From: Octopus bimaculoides
Taxonomy: Eukaryota
Assembly: GCF_001194135.2 (NCBI RefSeq)
Contig: NC_068984.1
Span: forward strand, 141,227,972 to 141,291,971
DNA length: 64,000 nt
Direction: 5' to 3'
Below, in pieces: positions 37,300 to 50,839 of the stretch (positions within the stretch are counted from its first letter, which is position 1; each line of letters begins with the position of its first letter). The translations under genes were made by a program, and so were the position numbers. Below the pieces are notes generated by a model, which was given only the letters and a program-made list of their open reading frames with translations, had not been told where the DNA came from and did no database searches.

Positions 37300-38379
37300 A
37301 TAAAGTTTGAAGAAATCAATATATATTTGGCAATTGAGAGAATGCAGTCAATCAAAAATATATTTTAGGCGTATGTTAATTGCTACAATTATTTTTCTCT
37401 AAAATGGAAACGTTCTGCAGTCCTTGAAGGGTCACTAGGTCACTTTGAAATGGTATTTTCTTTTTAAGGATTTAGTCAGAGTAGCATCCAGAACTCTCTT
37501 TTAGGGCCTCTGTCACTTACGAGCAGAAGGCAATAATTTGGTCTACAATTGGATTCCTCGCCCCAAAATTGGCAAGAATGTGAACCCTTCTAAAGACCCC
37601 CCATGGTACCAGGTGATGGGGTAAAGTGGGTGGCATATTAATTCTAGGTTAAGTTTGTGTCAAGACAAAATGCCTTGTGGTATTTCGTCCATCTTTACTT
37701 TCTGAGTTTAAATGCCGCCAAGGTCAACTTTGCCTTTCATCCTTTTGGAGTCAATAAATTAGGTACCAGTTGAACACTGGGGTCGATATTATTGACTCAT
37801 CCCCTCCCCCAAAATGGCTACCATTATGCCAAAGTTTGAAACCATTATTGCCCTAACCACTGGGCCATTGCGTCTCCACCCATATACATATATGATGGAC
37901 TCTTCCATTGAAGGGGGTGTATGAGCGTTCAGCTCAAGAAACAAGGCACCACCCAATCTAGGAAGTGAAACCATGATCTCGTGATCCTGAGTCCAACACC
38001 CTAACCATTCGCAAGGCTCTGGTCGGGCTGAGGTTACAGTGGCAAACAATTAATTGCCCAAGGTGCCACACAGTGGGACTGAACCTGGAACAGTGTGGTT
38101 GAGAAGCAAGCTTCTTACTGCAGAGTCATGCATGCACCTATCATCATCATCGTCATCCTCCTCATCATTTAACATCTGTTTTCCATGCTGGCATGGGTTG
38201 TATATATATATATGTGTGTGTGTATATTATCATATATATTATATAAGATTTTATATATGTGTGTACATAGAGATAAAGAGAGTGAGAGAGTGAAAAGAGG
38301 TAGGTAGAAGAGAGAAAAAAGAGAGAGATAGATATATACATGGACAAAGGTATATATATGAAGAAGAAGATGAAGAACA

Positions 38380-38441
38380 ACAACAACAGCAGCAACAACA
38401 ACAACAATAACAACAACAACGACAACAACACTGTGCCACTG

Positions 38442-38487
<46 letters not shown>

Positions 38488-38490
38488 CGC
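38380..38490. repeat. Compound (AAC)n/(CTA)n microsatellite
   Basis: Direct reading. Confidence 0.97.
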
Positions 38491-40995
38491 TACAATCACA
38501 GCAACAAAAACATTACCAACCATAGCAACATCAATAACAAATACTCAAAGGAGGAGTGGAAGTGGTGGGGGGAGAAGGTGGATGGGGGGGAGTGATCCCT
38601 GAAAAGTTCCGTTTTGTTTGTTGTTTTGTCTGTAACAAGAGCATTTCTAAGGAACCAGATAAAATAGGACCCCTTTATCTGTGTGTATAAGGTTGGTTTA
38701 ACTGGGGCCCTAAATTAGAGTTGAGTGCTTTGTAGATCAGTGGGTGCATGTGTGTATGTGAGTATGTGTGTGAGTACATGTGTGTGTATGTGTCTTTATA
38801 TATGTATGTGTATGTGTGTGTCTGTACATGTGAGCATGTGTGTGTGTGAGAGAGAGAGAGTACGTGTGTGTCTGTGTGTCTGTACGTGTGTGTGTGTGTA
38901 ATGGAGCTCTCTGATCCCTAAAAGAACCCGTTGACGTTTTGCACTGAAACATCACCCATTTCAACATTTTCTTTCTGGAAAATAAACCCCACACCTTTTT
39001 TTTTATCTGGTGGGAAGTAATTGCTAAATCAAATTGGAGCCTGGTGCAGCCGAAGGCTCTCCAGACGTCAGTCAAACCGTCCAACCCATGCCAGCATGGA
39101 AAACGGACGTTAAACGATTATGAGGATGATGATAATGATGAGCACTGCTTTAACTATCAAGCAAAATATGCAGATGCTTAGGGCATGAAGGGAAGGTGAG
39201 GTGGCATCACAGAAATGGTAAATGGCTTACAGTACAAAAGAAATCACTTGCTAAAATAATACATGGGAAGCCTTATCTCTGCAAAGTATAGAAGATGTGT
39301 TATGTAAGAACAATTTTGAGGATCTGATCAAAGACTTTGTGATTGAAAAAAAATTAGGAAAAAACTTTTCAAATATAAATAAAGTAGAATTGTACAAAAA
39401 TAAACATTATTTTCCCTCTTACTGTTTTGTTTCGTTTTGAAAAATTAAAATTTATTTTATGATTTATTATCATTTTTATATTTTGAATTACATATATACT
39501 CTCAGAGTGGTTGGCATTAGGAAAGGCATCCAGCTGTAGAAACCTTGCCAAATCAGACTGGAGTCTGATGCAGCTTACCAATTCTAGGTGAAACCCTCTA
39601 ACCCATGCCAGCGGACACATTAGATGACTACGATGATGATGATGATGATGATATAGAGGGACACCAAAATCTTGTAGGGCCTCTATAGGTTTTAATCTGA
39701 CCCTGCCTTTGAGAAAAGCATTTGTGACAGTGAATGTACTTAATTAGCATAATTACTGCAATATTTCTAATTAGCATAATAACTACATCATTTTGTTTGC
39801 ATATTAATTTTCCATGTGCGCGATAATTTCATTTTCACACTGGTTGTACAATGCGTACATATACACATTGTACGACCGCACAACACACACTGAGTTTAGA
39901 AGGAACAGTTGTGCTATAATGTTCAACCTTTCCCAAAACTATAAACAACATGTTAACACAAACAAGAAACAGATTTATGGATTTGACCAGCCTGCTTGTT
40001 GTTTATTCCTAATCTCACCATGGGCCATCAGACCTATAACAAACTCCATCTTTTTTCCGACAAAATGTAACGAGAATTAACATTATCTAGTCGGTATCTC
40101 TCTACTGTTGTTGTTCATTCCAATTTCTATAAACAATAGTGTTCCAATCATGACCACCCTGACTGTTTCCCAGACTTAATGAGTCAAGAATTATCTTACC
40201 CTACGATTCCATATTTTTTTTTTCTATAGCAGTAAAGTGACGATGTCATTTTAATAGAGGATTAGCTGCTATTTCTAGCAACTGTGTAGCGGCTTTGTCA
40301 CTGGCTGCTGAATTGTCTGGTCAGTAAGAAGGGTGAAATCATGTGTTGTTCATATATTTTTTAGCCCCTTCACCAACCATAGGAAGTGGAGTAGCTACGA
40401 CTTGGGAAAGTAAGAACACCTTAGTTGCACTATTACCTCCTACTCTGCAGTTTTTGTCAATTGGTTGAACGGCTTTTACAAATTGGCCTAATTTGTGTGT
40501 GTGAGCAGTCCAGACTTGAGTCGCATCACCATTTAACGTCCGTTTTCCATGCTGGCATGGATTGGACGGTTTGACCGAAAATTGGTAAGCCAGGGAGCTG
40601 TACCTGGTTCCAATAGTTATTTCATAAAACACCGTCGAGTTTTGCACAAATGTCTGGAACCCAGAAAGGGAACCTCTACATGGAGGTTCAACCTGTTAGA
40701 TATTGGAGGTAAAACTCCCTTAAATAACGTCCTGCTTGCTGCCTAAAAAACGAAAGAAAGTCACCACGTTGGATAAATTGATTTTATGGAGTCTGGAAGC
40801 ACTGTTTTTAAAAAAAAACGCGATAGTCACGGCTGGATTGTCTCTGATTATATCCCAGCTGGATTAAAGCTGAAATGGGACTAAAACATCTGCGAGTTAG
40901 CGTAAGAGAAGATGGAGAGAGAGAATGAGAAAGAGAGAAAATGTGGGGGAGAGAAGTTTAAATAAATATATACACGCTTATTGAATGTTACTCAA

Positions 40996-41026
<31 letters not shown>

Positions 41027-41460
41027 AGGGAAAAAGGAGTGTCATAGTGAAAGAAAGATAGTATAGAGATTAAGAACAAGAGTAGCTGAGAGAAAAGAAA
41101 GAGAGAGAGAGAGTAGAAAAATTGAGTAAGAATAAGGAAAAGTCAGTGAGGGAAAATGAGAGTAGGAGGAAGAGAGATATATAACAGAACGAATGAGTGT
41201 TAGAGACAGAGTAAGATATAATAGAAAAAGATAGAGTAAGAGTTAGAAGGAAACAATAGAGGTAGAGTTAGAGAGAGAACGAAAGGATAAAGATAGAGTA
41301 AGAGATAGAACGAAAAGCTAGGAATAAAGTAAGAGATACAAGGAAAAGAAAAAGATAGATAGATAGATAGAGAGAGAGTGTGTGTGTGTGTGTAAGATAG
41401 TGAAAGTGAGGGTATAAAGAGAGTATGAGTGGTCTAAAGGGAAAGGGGGGGGGAATAAGG

Positions 41461-41504
41461 ACGCGCATGCGTAATGATGTTAGATGGCAACAGAAAAATG
41501 GCGG
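41461..41504 (+). promoter_or_regulatory. NRF1-like GCGCATGCGT (41463-41472) and YY1-like AAAATGGCGGC at the LRCH start
   Basis: Near-consensus motifs in a CpG-containing patch next to exon 1. Confidence 0.4.
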
Positions 41505-41669
41505 CCAGCTTTGCGACAGGCGGCCAAAGCCCGACTTCTGTTTCCAGAACTCTTGAAAGAGTCTTCGAAGATGCTCAATATTCGGGAGAAGTGTTACTAT
41601 GTGGACGGAACCTTAAGGAATATCCAAAATTTGCGTCTAAGTTCGACCTGGCGGACACAGTATATGCAG
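41498..41669 (+). CDS. LRCH: Leucine-rich repeat and calponin homology domain protein, coding exon 1 (MAASFATGGQSPTSVSRTLERVFEDAQYSGEVLLCGRNLKEYPKFASKFDLADTVYA + G); in-frame upstream ATGs at 41474 and 41477
   Basis: SRTLERVFEDA..SGE..LCGRNLKEYP....DLADT..A aligns with LRCH1-4 SRSLDRALEEA..TG.L.LSGRKLREFP....DLTDT..AD. Phase-1 donor G|gtaaag falls just before the expected D-L-S-x-N repeat. Confidence 0.92.
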
Positions 41670-42086
41670 GTAAAGGCGACTAATGTTAACCCAGTCTCCC
41701 CATGTTATCCACACACACACACAATCACATACACACACACACAATCACATACACACACACACAATCACACACACACACACAATCACATACACACACACAC
41801 ACACAGGTTCTGTCTGTAGACTTTCTTCCTCTTAATTACACATCTCTCTTCTACATCAGCATCTGCATCACTCTATATAACAGTGATGTATATAACAGTG
41901 TGTGTGTGTGCGTGTAATATATATGTATATATATTAATTTCTTTTTGTGTGTGTGTTGATAGAGACGACTGCTGCCTCTGTCGTAATATATAAAGGGTTT
42001 TTGATGTTCAATTCATTAAATATGAATTAAAATATTATTTATATTATTTATAACATACACACACACATTGTATGTATTTATGGGTA

Positions 42087-42139
<53 letters not shown>

Positions 42140-42365
42140 NNNNNNNNNNNNNNNNNNNNNNNNNNNNNNNNNNNNNNNNNNNNNNNNNNNNNNNNNNNNN
42201 NNNNNNNNNNNNNNNNNNNNNNNNNNNNNNNNNNNNNNNNNNNNNNNNNNNNNNNNNNNNNNNNNNNNNNNNNNNNNNNNNNNNNNNNNNNNNNNNNNNN
42301 NNNNNNNNNNNNNNNNNNNNNNNNNNNNNNNNNNNNNNNACATACATATATGTGTGTGTATATAT

Positions 42366-42398
<33 letters not shown>

Positions 42399-42566
42399 CA
42401 CATACACATATTTGTGTGTGTGTATATATATATATACCGACACATCACGAATGAATGTCTTGTAACATATATTGGAGTCTTCTGCCTCGATTGCGAAATC
42501 TATAAACGATTATGAAAAATATAGACTGATATTGTTTAGTCCTCAGGTCAGCTCTGATGAAGAACG

Positions 42567-42690
42567 ATAGAGCCATGACCATCCCATATTATTCTGCGAC
42601 AATCTATGAAGAACAGTATAGCCATGACCATCCCATATTATTCTGCGACAATCTATGACCATCCCATAATATTCTGGGACAATCTAAATT
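42567..42690. repeat. Three imperfect tandem copies of ccatgaccatcccatattattctgcgacaatcta
   Basis: Direct reading. Confidence 0.85.
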
Positions 42691-42908
42691 CTTTAGTATG
42701 TCCATTTTCGTTCCTTCAAAACCAGGTAAAGAATGGTTCGAGGGGTACTTAGCTTCTCTTTCTTGCAAGTCGAGCGACCACGTAGAGGCTCTTTCCCCTC
42801 ATTGTCTACTGCACACTGTATGATCCAGTATAATGTGTCTACGTCTAACACACACTATACACTTTAAAATACTCGGTATGCGTATATACACAATGTTGAA
42901 AATACGTT

Positions 42909-42960
<52 letters not shown>

Positions 42961-43366
42961 TCTATACACACACGCGCGCGCACCCCCCCAATATATGATG
43001 CTGGTTGCATCTCGCTCGCATCTCATGGTCTTCTAGGTTGTCAATTCATCCATCAAGCATTTAGGCCGTTATTCGGTGTGTGTGTTATACAGTGATGGTT
43101 TCTATGATCCAGTGTGTATATTTGATATATGATACACACAAAACTCTCTCTCTCTGTGTGTGTGTGTGTGTATTAAAGTGTCTGGTGCAGTGATGTATAA
43201 TTGATGTGAGACGTATACATACATGTATGCAAACACATTTGTGATTGTATGATACAGTAGTGTGTGTGTGTGTGTGTTTGATGTAGTGGTGCACAATTTC
43301 TGTGATATAAATTTGTCTGATACAACTGGTAATCTCTCTCCCTCCCTCTCTCTCTTTCTCTGTATA

Positions 43367-43429
<63 letters not shown>

Positions 43430-44635
43430 AAAGTGGAAGCCGTTTATTGTGATAACTTTGTGACGAAACCTTTTCAGTTACAATAAGCAGTTCATAATTT
43501 TCAATCATTCTAAGTGGCTTCCTCTGTGTGTGTGTATGTAAGTAATCACACAAAGATGCATTCCTCTATAATTGCTTTTCTGCTACAATATCGTTTGGAG
43601 TATTGTATATACATTTGCATACATTTATTGTATAGACACATAAATTTGTGTGTGTGTATATAGAGTTGGAGAGAATGGGTTACATCTTCGGAGTCACTCT
43701 CTGCTCGCCAGCTTCCTTCCATGTTCTCTCATCAATAAATACGACCGACCGTCTCTAAACACGCACTTTAGACAGAAAACCATTTACAGCCCAACCTCTC
43801 ACATCCCAACCCATTCGCCATATGTCTATTATGTACATTTTCGAAACACTTTGGACACATACACACACATCCTCTTTGACCTACACACATACATATATCT
43901 CTTATAATACATAGTAATTTCCTATACTCTCTCTCTCTCTCTTCTTCCTAGATGCACTTGTATCACTTCATATACACACTCATGCCTCTTCTTAAACACA
44001 CATATATCTCTTCTCATACACATACATCATATATACACACTTCTCTCTCTCTCTCTCTCACATTACACACATACATCACTTTCCAGACAGACACACAAGC
44101 ATTCATTATTCCCCCCCTTCTTTTCTTCTTGGATCAAGTGTTAATTATTCAAGCACATTCTCTGTCCATCTTTAGTCCAATTCTATATTCCAAATATCTT
44201 TTGTCTCCTTCATCTGCATCACAACCAAGCGACCAAGGAAGCTTTATGGGGGTCACTCTATATACTAGAAAATGCTGCCAAATCTTCCCACATAGATCCT
44301 GATGTTTTAAAAAATGGAGGGCCGCTTGGATAGTGTCGTCTTTGATTTACAAGTGAAATTAAAACAGACGATGTCGTGGGTGGGACATTTTTGATCAAAA
44401 GTCTGCTGGATCAGGTTTGGCAGTGTTAGTGTTGTTTATTGCTGTGGTTTTTGCTGTGTTTGTGTTACTAAATGACCATTAACATTTTTGGAATGGTCTT
44501 TGTATATTAGTCATCATACACATGGCAGTTAATTGTCTGTGTATACCAACATGTATCATTCATGTATATACACATCTACAATATATACACACATAAATGC
44601 AGATGTGTGTGTTTGCGAATATAAACTACATGGTT

Positions 44636-44669
<34 letters not shown>

Positions 44670-45562
44670 ATTATTTTAAGGAAATCAATTTCTCCCAAAT
44701 ATTTGGTATTGAACCAGTATTTTCTTGGATAACACCATCCCTTCATGTGGCTAACATAACCTCTAATCATCATCATCGTTTAACGTCCTCCTTCCATGCT
44801 TGTATAGGTGGGACGGTTCCACAAGAGCTGGCCAGGCAATATATATATATATTAAGATGGAATAAACAGACTTCAATTACAAATTACATTTGTTTCTGTG
44901 TTTATAAATTTTTATATAAATTCTAAACAATGAGTTCCACATATTTATCTCAAGGAATAACCTTTCTGTATGATAGCATATGGTAGCCGATGACAGAAGA
45001 GGAGCTTTTAAATGCACATTATGAGATTATTACCCAGATATTACTGATAAGCTGTGTGGAAGCCATAATAGTGCCAGTGGCATGAAAGACGCACCCAGTA
45101 CACATTGTGGGAAGTGGTTAGTGTTAGGAAAGGCATCCAGCTGTAGAAACGATGCCAAAACAGAAACTTGAGCCCAGTGCAGTCTTTTGACTCATTGGCT
45201 CCTTGTCAAACTGTTCAACCCATGCCAGCATGGACGACAAGTGATGATGATACACATGCACACACACATTGAAAAAGTGCTTTTTGAAAAAATAAAAGCG
45301 GATGGACAGAGGATTCACTACATGTATATGGTCAAATATTTATTAGACTTGAATTATTTTGAAGTCTACTTGTAGTAGCTTGTACACATACGCTATATAT
45401 AATAATCGAGTGGCTGTGTGGTAAGGAACTTGCTTCCCAACCACATAGTTCCGGGTTCAGTCCCACTTTGTGGCCCCTTAGCAAGTGTCTTCTACTACAG
45501 CCTCAGGCTGACCATAGCCCTGTGAGTGGATTTGGTAGACGAAAACTGAAAGAAACTCATCG

Positions 45563-45595
<33 letters not shown>

Positions 45596-45808
45596 ATATT
45601 TATTTGTGTTTGTGTTTGTGTGTTTGTTCCCCCACCATCACTTGTCAACCGATATTGGTGTGTTTACGTCCCTGTCACCTAATAGTTCAGCAATAAGTGA
45701 CCAACAGAATAAGTACTAGGCTTACAAAGAATAAGTCCTGGGGTTGATTTATTCGACTAAAGGCGGTGCTCCAGCATGGCCGCAGTCAAATGACTGAAAC
45801 AAGTAAAA

Positions 45809-45844
<36 letters not shown>

Positions 45845-45932
45845 GAGAATATACAAATAATAACAACAGACGAGGACAGGTGGTGTAAATAACAAAAGGA
45901 TATATTAGTATGACGCTCGGGAATACGGAAAG

Positions 45933-45969
45933 TCTTTGACGTTTCGAGCTACGCTCTTCAACAGAAAGA
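45933..45969 (-). ncRNA. Minimal hammerhead-ribozyme motif, CUGUUGA core variant with a GUC cleavage triplet
   Basis: Minus strand tcttt-CTGTTGA-A-GAGC(GTA)GCTC-GAAA-CG-TC-aaaga: stem I 5 bp, stem II 4 bp. Confidence 0.62.
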
Positions 45970-46560
45970 ATACGGAGACAAGGAGAAAAACATGGAGAAA
46001 AAAAATTGAATAGTGTTCAGTCAACGGTCACGCATTGGTGTATCATTCAATTGTATTTGTTTTTCTTAATCTATATGATACTGTTACTCATTGGCTAGCT
46101 TGAAGTTGGATGTTAGAGTAATGATTAATATAAATGGATAGTAGCACTAAGCCAGTGAGCTGGCAGAATCGTTAGCACACTAGGCAAAATGCTTAGTGGC
46201 ATTTCATCTGTCTTTACATTTTGAGTTCAAACTCCGCCGAGGTCGACTCTGCTTTTTATTCTTTTGGGGTTGATAAAACAGGTATCGGTCGAGTACTGTG
46301 GTCACTGTAATCGACTAGCCCCGCCCCCTCTCTAGAACTTGCTGGCCATGTGTGTGAAAATTTGAAATGGAATAAGTTATGGCATTGAAACCTCTCATTC
46401 TTGTCATATGAATTCTCTAAGAATTCAAACATTCCTTGGGTCAATTCCCTTCACTCACAATTACAAAGAGACACACCTCTTTAGTCCTCCCCCACCTTTC
46501 TGAGTTCATTAAAATTAGTACCAAACAGAACTGCAGTCAACATAGTCATTCGCCCCAATA

Positions 46561-46790
46561 AGGCGGCGCGCTGGCAGAAACGTTAGCACGCCGGGCGAAA
46601 TGCTTAGCGGTATTTCATCTGCCGTTACGTTCTGAGTTCAAATTCCGCCGAGGTCGACTTTGCCTTTCATCCTTTCGGGGTCGATAAATTAAGTACCAGT
46701 TACGCACTGAGGTCGATATAATCGACTTAATCCGTTTGTCTGTCCTTGTCTGTCCCCTCTGTGTGTAGCCCCTTGTGGGCAGTAAAGAAA
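46561..46790 (+). mobile_element. SINE family C (~230-bp unit). Copies or clusters at about 3935-4030, 10905-11125, 12960-13170, 17040-17640, 21575-22110, 24720-24862, 30665-30880, 32270-32720, 33395-34110, 35633-36548, 37665-37850, 46150-46980, 47930-48420, 53780-54235, 56900-57110, 63170-63790
   Basis: Repeated ggcagaatcgttagcacgccgggcgaaatgcttagcgg...gagttcaaattccgccgaggtcgactttgcctttcatcctttcggggtcgataaattaagtaccag. Confidence 0.9.
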
Positions 46791-47760
46791 TAGGTATTTC
46801 GTCTGTCTTTATGTTCTGAGTTCAAATTCCACCGAGGCTGACTTTGCCTATCATCCTTTGGGGTAGATAAATTAAGTATTAGGGCCCCCTCCTCAAAAAT
46901 TTTGGGCCTTGTGCCTAGAGTAGAAAAGAATATGCTTACTGGTGTTGCTTCTGGTTCTTTACACTCTGAGTTCAAATCTTACATGTATATAGCATTGTAA
47001 ATGAGTTGATTCAATCACTCACACTCACACACACACACACTCACACTCTCTCTCTCTCTCTCTCTCTCATTAACTCTCGGAGGATGGAAAATAAGGTCAA
47101 CTCCAATAGGATTTGATCACAGAACATGGAGTGGTGTAACTTAACCCTTTGAACCCCAGATACCTGTTGTCCTCAGCACCCTCACCTCAGGTTCCCTGGG
47201 TGAAAGAGCCAGCCCCCAAAAATGATTTCCCACCTAATATTTGTTTTATTGTCTCTAAAATGTATTTTCTGTCTCTCACAATGAAATAAAATGCCAAACA
47301 GAGGGCAACAATGTTGTTGTTTTATTGCCAATATTGGTACTTGTGGTGCCAGTTGAACCAGCAGTTATTGTCTGGTTTTCCAACGCAGAAAATACTGGCT
47401 AGTAAAGCGGCCATTGGGGTATTTGTATCTGTGGCTTGTGGCCGGAATAGCAGGCACTGGGGTATTTGCAAACAGTACAATGTGGCTGCTGGGGTTCTGA
47501 GGGTGAAATTGCTTCAAGACATTTTCTCTGGAGTGCTACTGATTTTGTCGCTTTGCTATTCTAATTATCGTCATCATCATCATCATCATTTAACATCCAT
47601 GTTCCATGCTGGTATGGGTTGGACATTTTGGCCATCAATTTTACACCATGGTTTGGGTGCTTTTTCATGTTACTCCAGTCTGTTTTGGCTTGTTACCCTT
47701 CCTAGCATCAGCCACTTCATGGAGTGTATTGGGTACCTTTCACCTGTCACCGGCACGGGA

Positions 47761-47845
47761 TCCTTCAGCGTGTCATCGACACAGGTTCCCTCAGCGTGTC
47801 ATGGGTTCCCTCGGCGTGTCATGGGTCCCCTCAGCATGTCACTGG
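47761..47845. repeat. About four copies of a ~20-bp unit ccctcagcgtgtcatgggtt inside a family E element
   Basis: Direct reading. Confidence 0.85.
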
Positions 47846-49007
47846 CACTGGCCACGACTATGATTTCACCTAGCTTGTTGTGTCTTCTCAAGCGCAGCAA
47901 ATCACCAAAAATCTCAGCCTGGCACATGTCCAGCAATTTTGGAGGTGGAGGGCTTTGGTTCTATCCACCCCAGTGTGCAACTGGTACCCATGTTATCAAC
48001 CCTGAAATAATGAAAAGCAAAGTTGATGTTAGCAGAAACTGAAGACAGACAAATTCCTGCTAAGCGCTTTGCCTGGCATTGTAATGATTTTGCCAGCTCA
48101 TTGCCTTGACCGTAGATGTTAACTGGTATGATTGGTACTTATTTTATTGACCTCTGGAAATATAAAAGATAAATGTGACCTCAGCAGGATTTGAAATAAG
48201 AATGTGAAAATATGTAATTAAAAACTGCAGTGCTACCATTTCTGCCATTCACTACTCTATGATGCTATTAATAATAATTGTTTCTAATTTAAGCACAAGC
48301 TGGTGGGGGCAGCAGGTTTGAGAGGGGGTGGTTTGTTGGTTACATCAGTCCAAATACTTGACAGGTGCTTTACTTTATCAACCCTGAAAGGATGGCAGGC
48401 AAAGTTGACCAGAACAAATACTTCAAGGTGCTCTAATGTGATTCTGTCAATCTACTGCCCCTGCTAATAATAATAATCTGAATTGTTTTATTAAGAGATG
48501 AGAGGTTGTGGCATCTATGCCTTTCCAAAGAACATTAACTGTTTGGGACATTTCTAAGGATTTGGTTTTGATATAATGAAACTTCGGACCTGACAATGTA
48601 TTTAAACGTACTGAACTTCCACACAACCACATATACAATCACATATGTACACACACATGAATACAGTCGCTAACACACATCCTCATCATTCACATAAATG
48701 TATTAGCAGTCACTTATACTCACACAATAACTTACAGCCTCTTTGACCCTCATACGCACACACACGCACACAATGGCACACTCACGCCACGATCACAGTC
48801 ACCGTGACACATGCAGCCAGTGACAAATTTACTCATAGCCACTGTCACAGACATTCGCTCACAATGACACGGCATCGCATACACGCACAGACGCGGTTCC
48901 ACATCCACACTGAGTCACTCACACAATAGAATCATTTACACAACTACAGAAACAGCTACAGACATGCACTTACATATAGGCAGTCAGTCACTCAGCCCCT
49001 GGTACAG

Positions 49008-49043
<36 letters not shown>

Positions 49044-49640
49044 ATGTGTATACTTCAACATCTTTCAATTCTCCTTCCTTTAGCAGAAACCTAATCGTAT
49101 TCTATTCCCCCCTTCCCCCCCCCCCACTATTTTCACTTCCACACGATCATTCTACAGTCTACCCTTATTTTCCCTTTCATTTTATTCTTCTTGTTGCCTT
49201 AGAGGCATTTATTCAATATTTCAAGGGATTTTCTATCATTTCTCTATCCAGACACACACACACTTCTGTGTACTCCTTTACTATATTACTCCTAATATAG
49301 TAAAGGAGTAATATGTACTCCTTTACTATATCAGTTGTTTCAGTCATTTGACTGAGGCCATGCTGGAGCACTGCCTTTTAGTCGAATAAATCGACCCCTG
49401 GACATATTCTTTGTAAGCCTAGTACTTATTCTGTCGGTCTCTTTTGCCAAACTGCTAAGTTACGGGGATGTAAACACACCGACGTTGGTTGTCAAGTGAT
49501 GGTGAGGGGGGACAAACACAGACAGACAAGTACATATATACATATATGTAAATCCCCAAAAATGAAGAACAAACACAAAAAACAACATGAGGACGTGGTG
49601 CATGTAAAGTATTAGATGTTCAGGGAAGGAAAGAAAGCTG

Positions 49641-49675
49641 GCTTAACGTTTCGAGCAACGCTCTTCTTCAGAAAC
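49641..49675 (-). ncRNA. Minimal hammerhead-ribozyme motif, canonical CUGAAGA core
   Basis: Minus strand gttt-CTGAAGA-A-GAGC(GTT)GCTC-GAAA-CG-TT-aagc: stem I 4 bp with one GU, stem II 4 bp, AACGUU palindrome. Confidence 0.72.
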
Positions 49676-50796
49676 AGAGGAGAGTCCAACAGAAACGGAA
49701 GATGGAGGAAGAAAATTGCCAAGGATTCGCATGTGGTTACATTTTGAATATATAAATACGATGGGCTTCTTTCACTTTCTGTCTACCATATCCTCTCACA
49801 AGGCTTTGGTCAGCTCAAAGCTATAGTGAAGATGCTAGCACAAGGTGCCATGCAGTGGGACTGAACCCGCAACTTCTTACTACACAGATGTAAATATATA
49901 TTTATATAAACACATTCTTCTACCTGTTTCTGTATATCGATATACATTTGTTTTTATGCTTGTGCATGCACACACACACCCCCTCACAGACACTCTCTTC
50001 TGTCTGGTCTAAGTGTGTGTGTGTGTGTGTGTTCCATGACCGTGTGGTAAGAAGTTTGTTTCCCAACCACATGGTTCTGGGTCCGTCCCACTGCACAACA
50101 CCTTCGGCAAGTGTCTTCTTCCATAGTCTTAGGCTGACCTTATGAGTGGATTTGGTAGATGAAAACAGAAAGAAGCCCGTCATAGTTGTGTGTGTGTGTC
50201 TTTGTCTCCCACAACTGCTTGACAACTGGTGTTGGTGTGTTTACGTCCCTGTAACTTAGCAGTTTGGCAAAAGAGACTGATAGAATAAGTGGCAAGCCTT
50301 TAAAAAAGATATTAATGGGGTTGATTTATCTGACTAAAATTCTTTAAGGTGGTGCCTCAGTGTGGCCACTGTCTAATGAATGAAACAAGTTAAAAATAAG
50401 ATAGACAGGTGTGGCTGTGTGGTACGAAGATTGCTTCCCAACCACATGGTTCCGGGTTCAATCCCACTGCGTGGCATCTTGGGCAAGTGTCTTCTACTCT
50501 AGCCTCGGGCCGACCAAAGCCTTGTGAGTTGATTTGGTAGATGGAAACTGATGGAAGCTTTGTGTGTGTGTGTGTGTGTGTTTGCCTTCCCACCATGACT
50601 TGACAACCAATGTTGGTGTGTTTACGTCTCCGTAACTTAGCAGTTCGACAAAAGAGACTGATAGAATAAGTACTGGGCTTACAAAGAACAAGTCCATGGG
50701 TCGATTTGTTTGAATAAAGGTGGTGCCCCAGCATGGCCGCAGTCAAATGACTGAAACAAGTGAAAGAATAAAGGAGTGTATTTATATATGCGTGTG

Positions 50797-50839
<43 letters not shown>

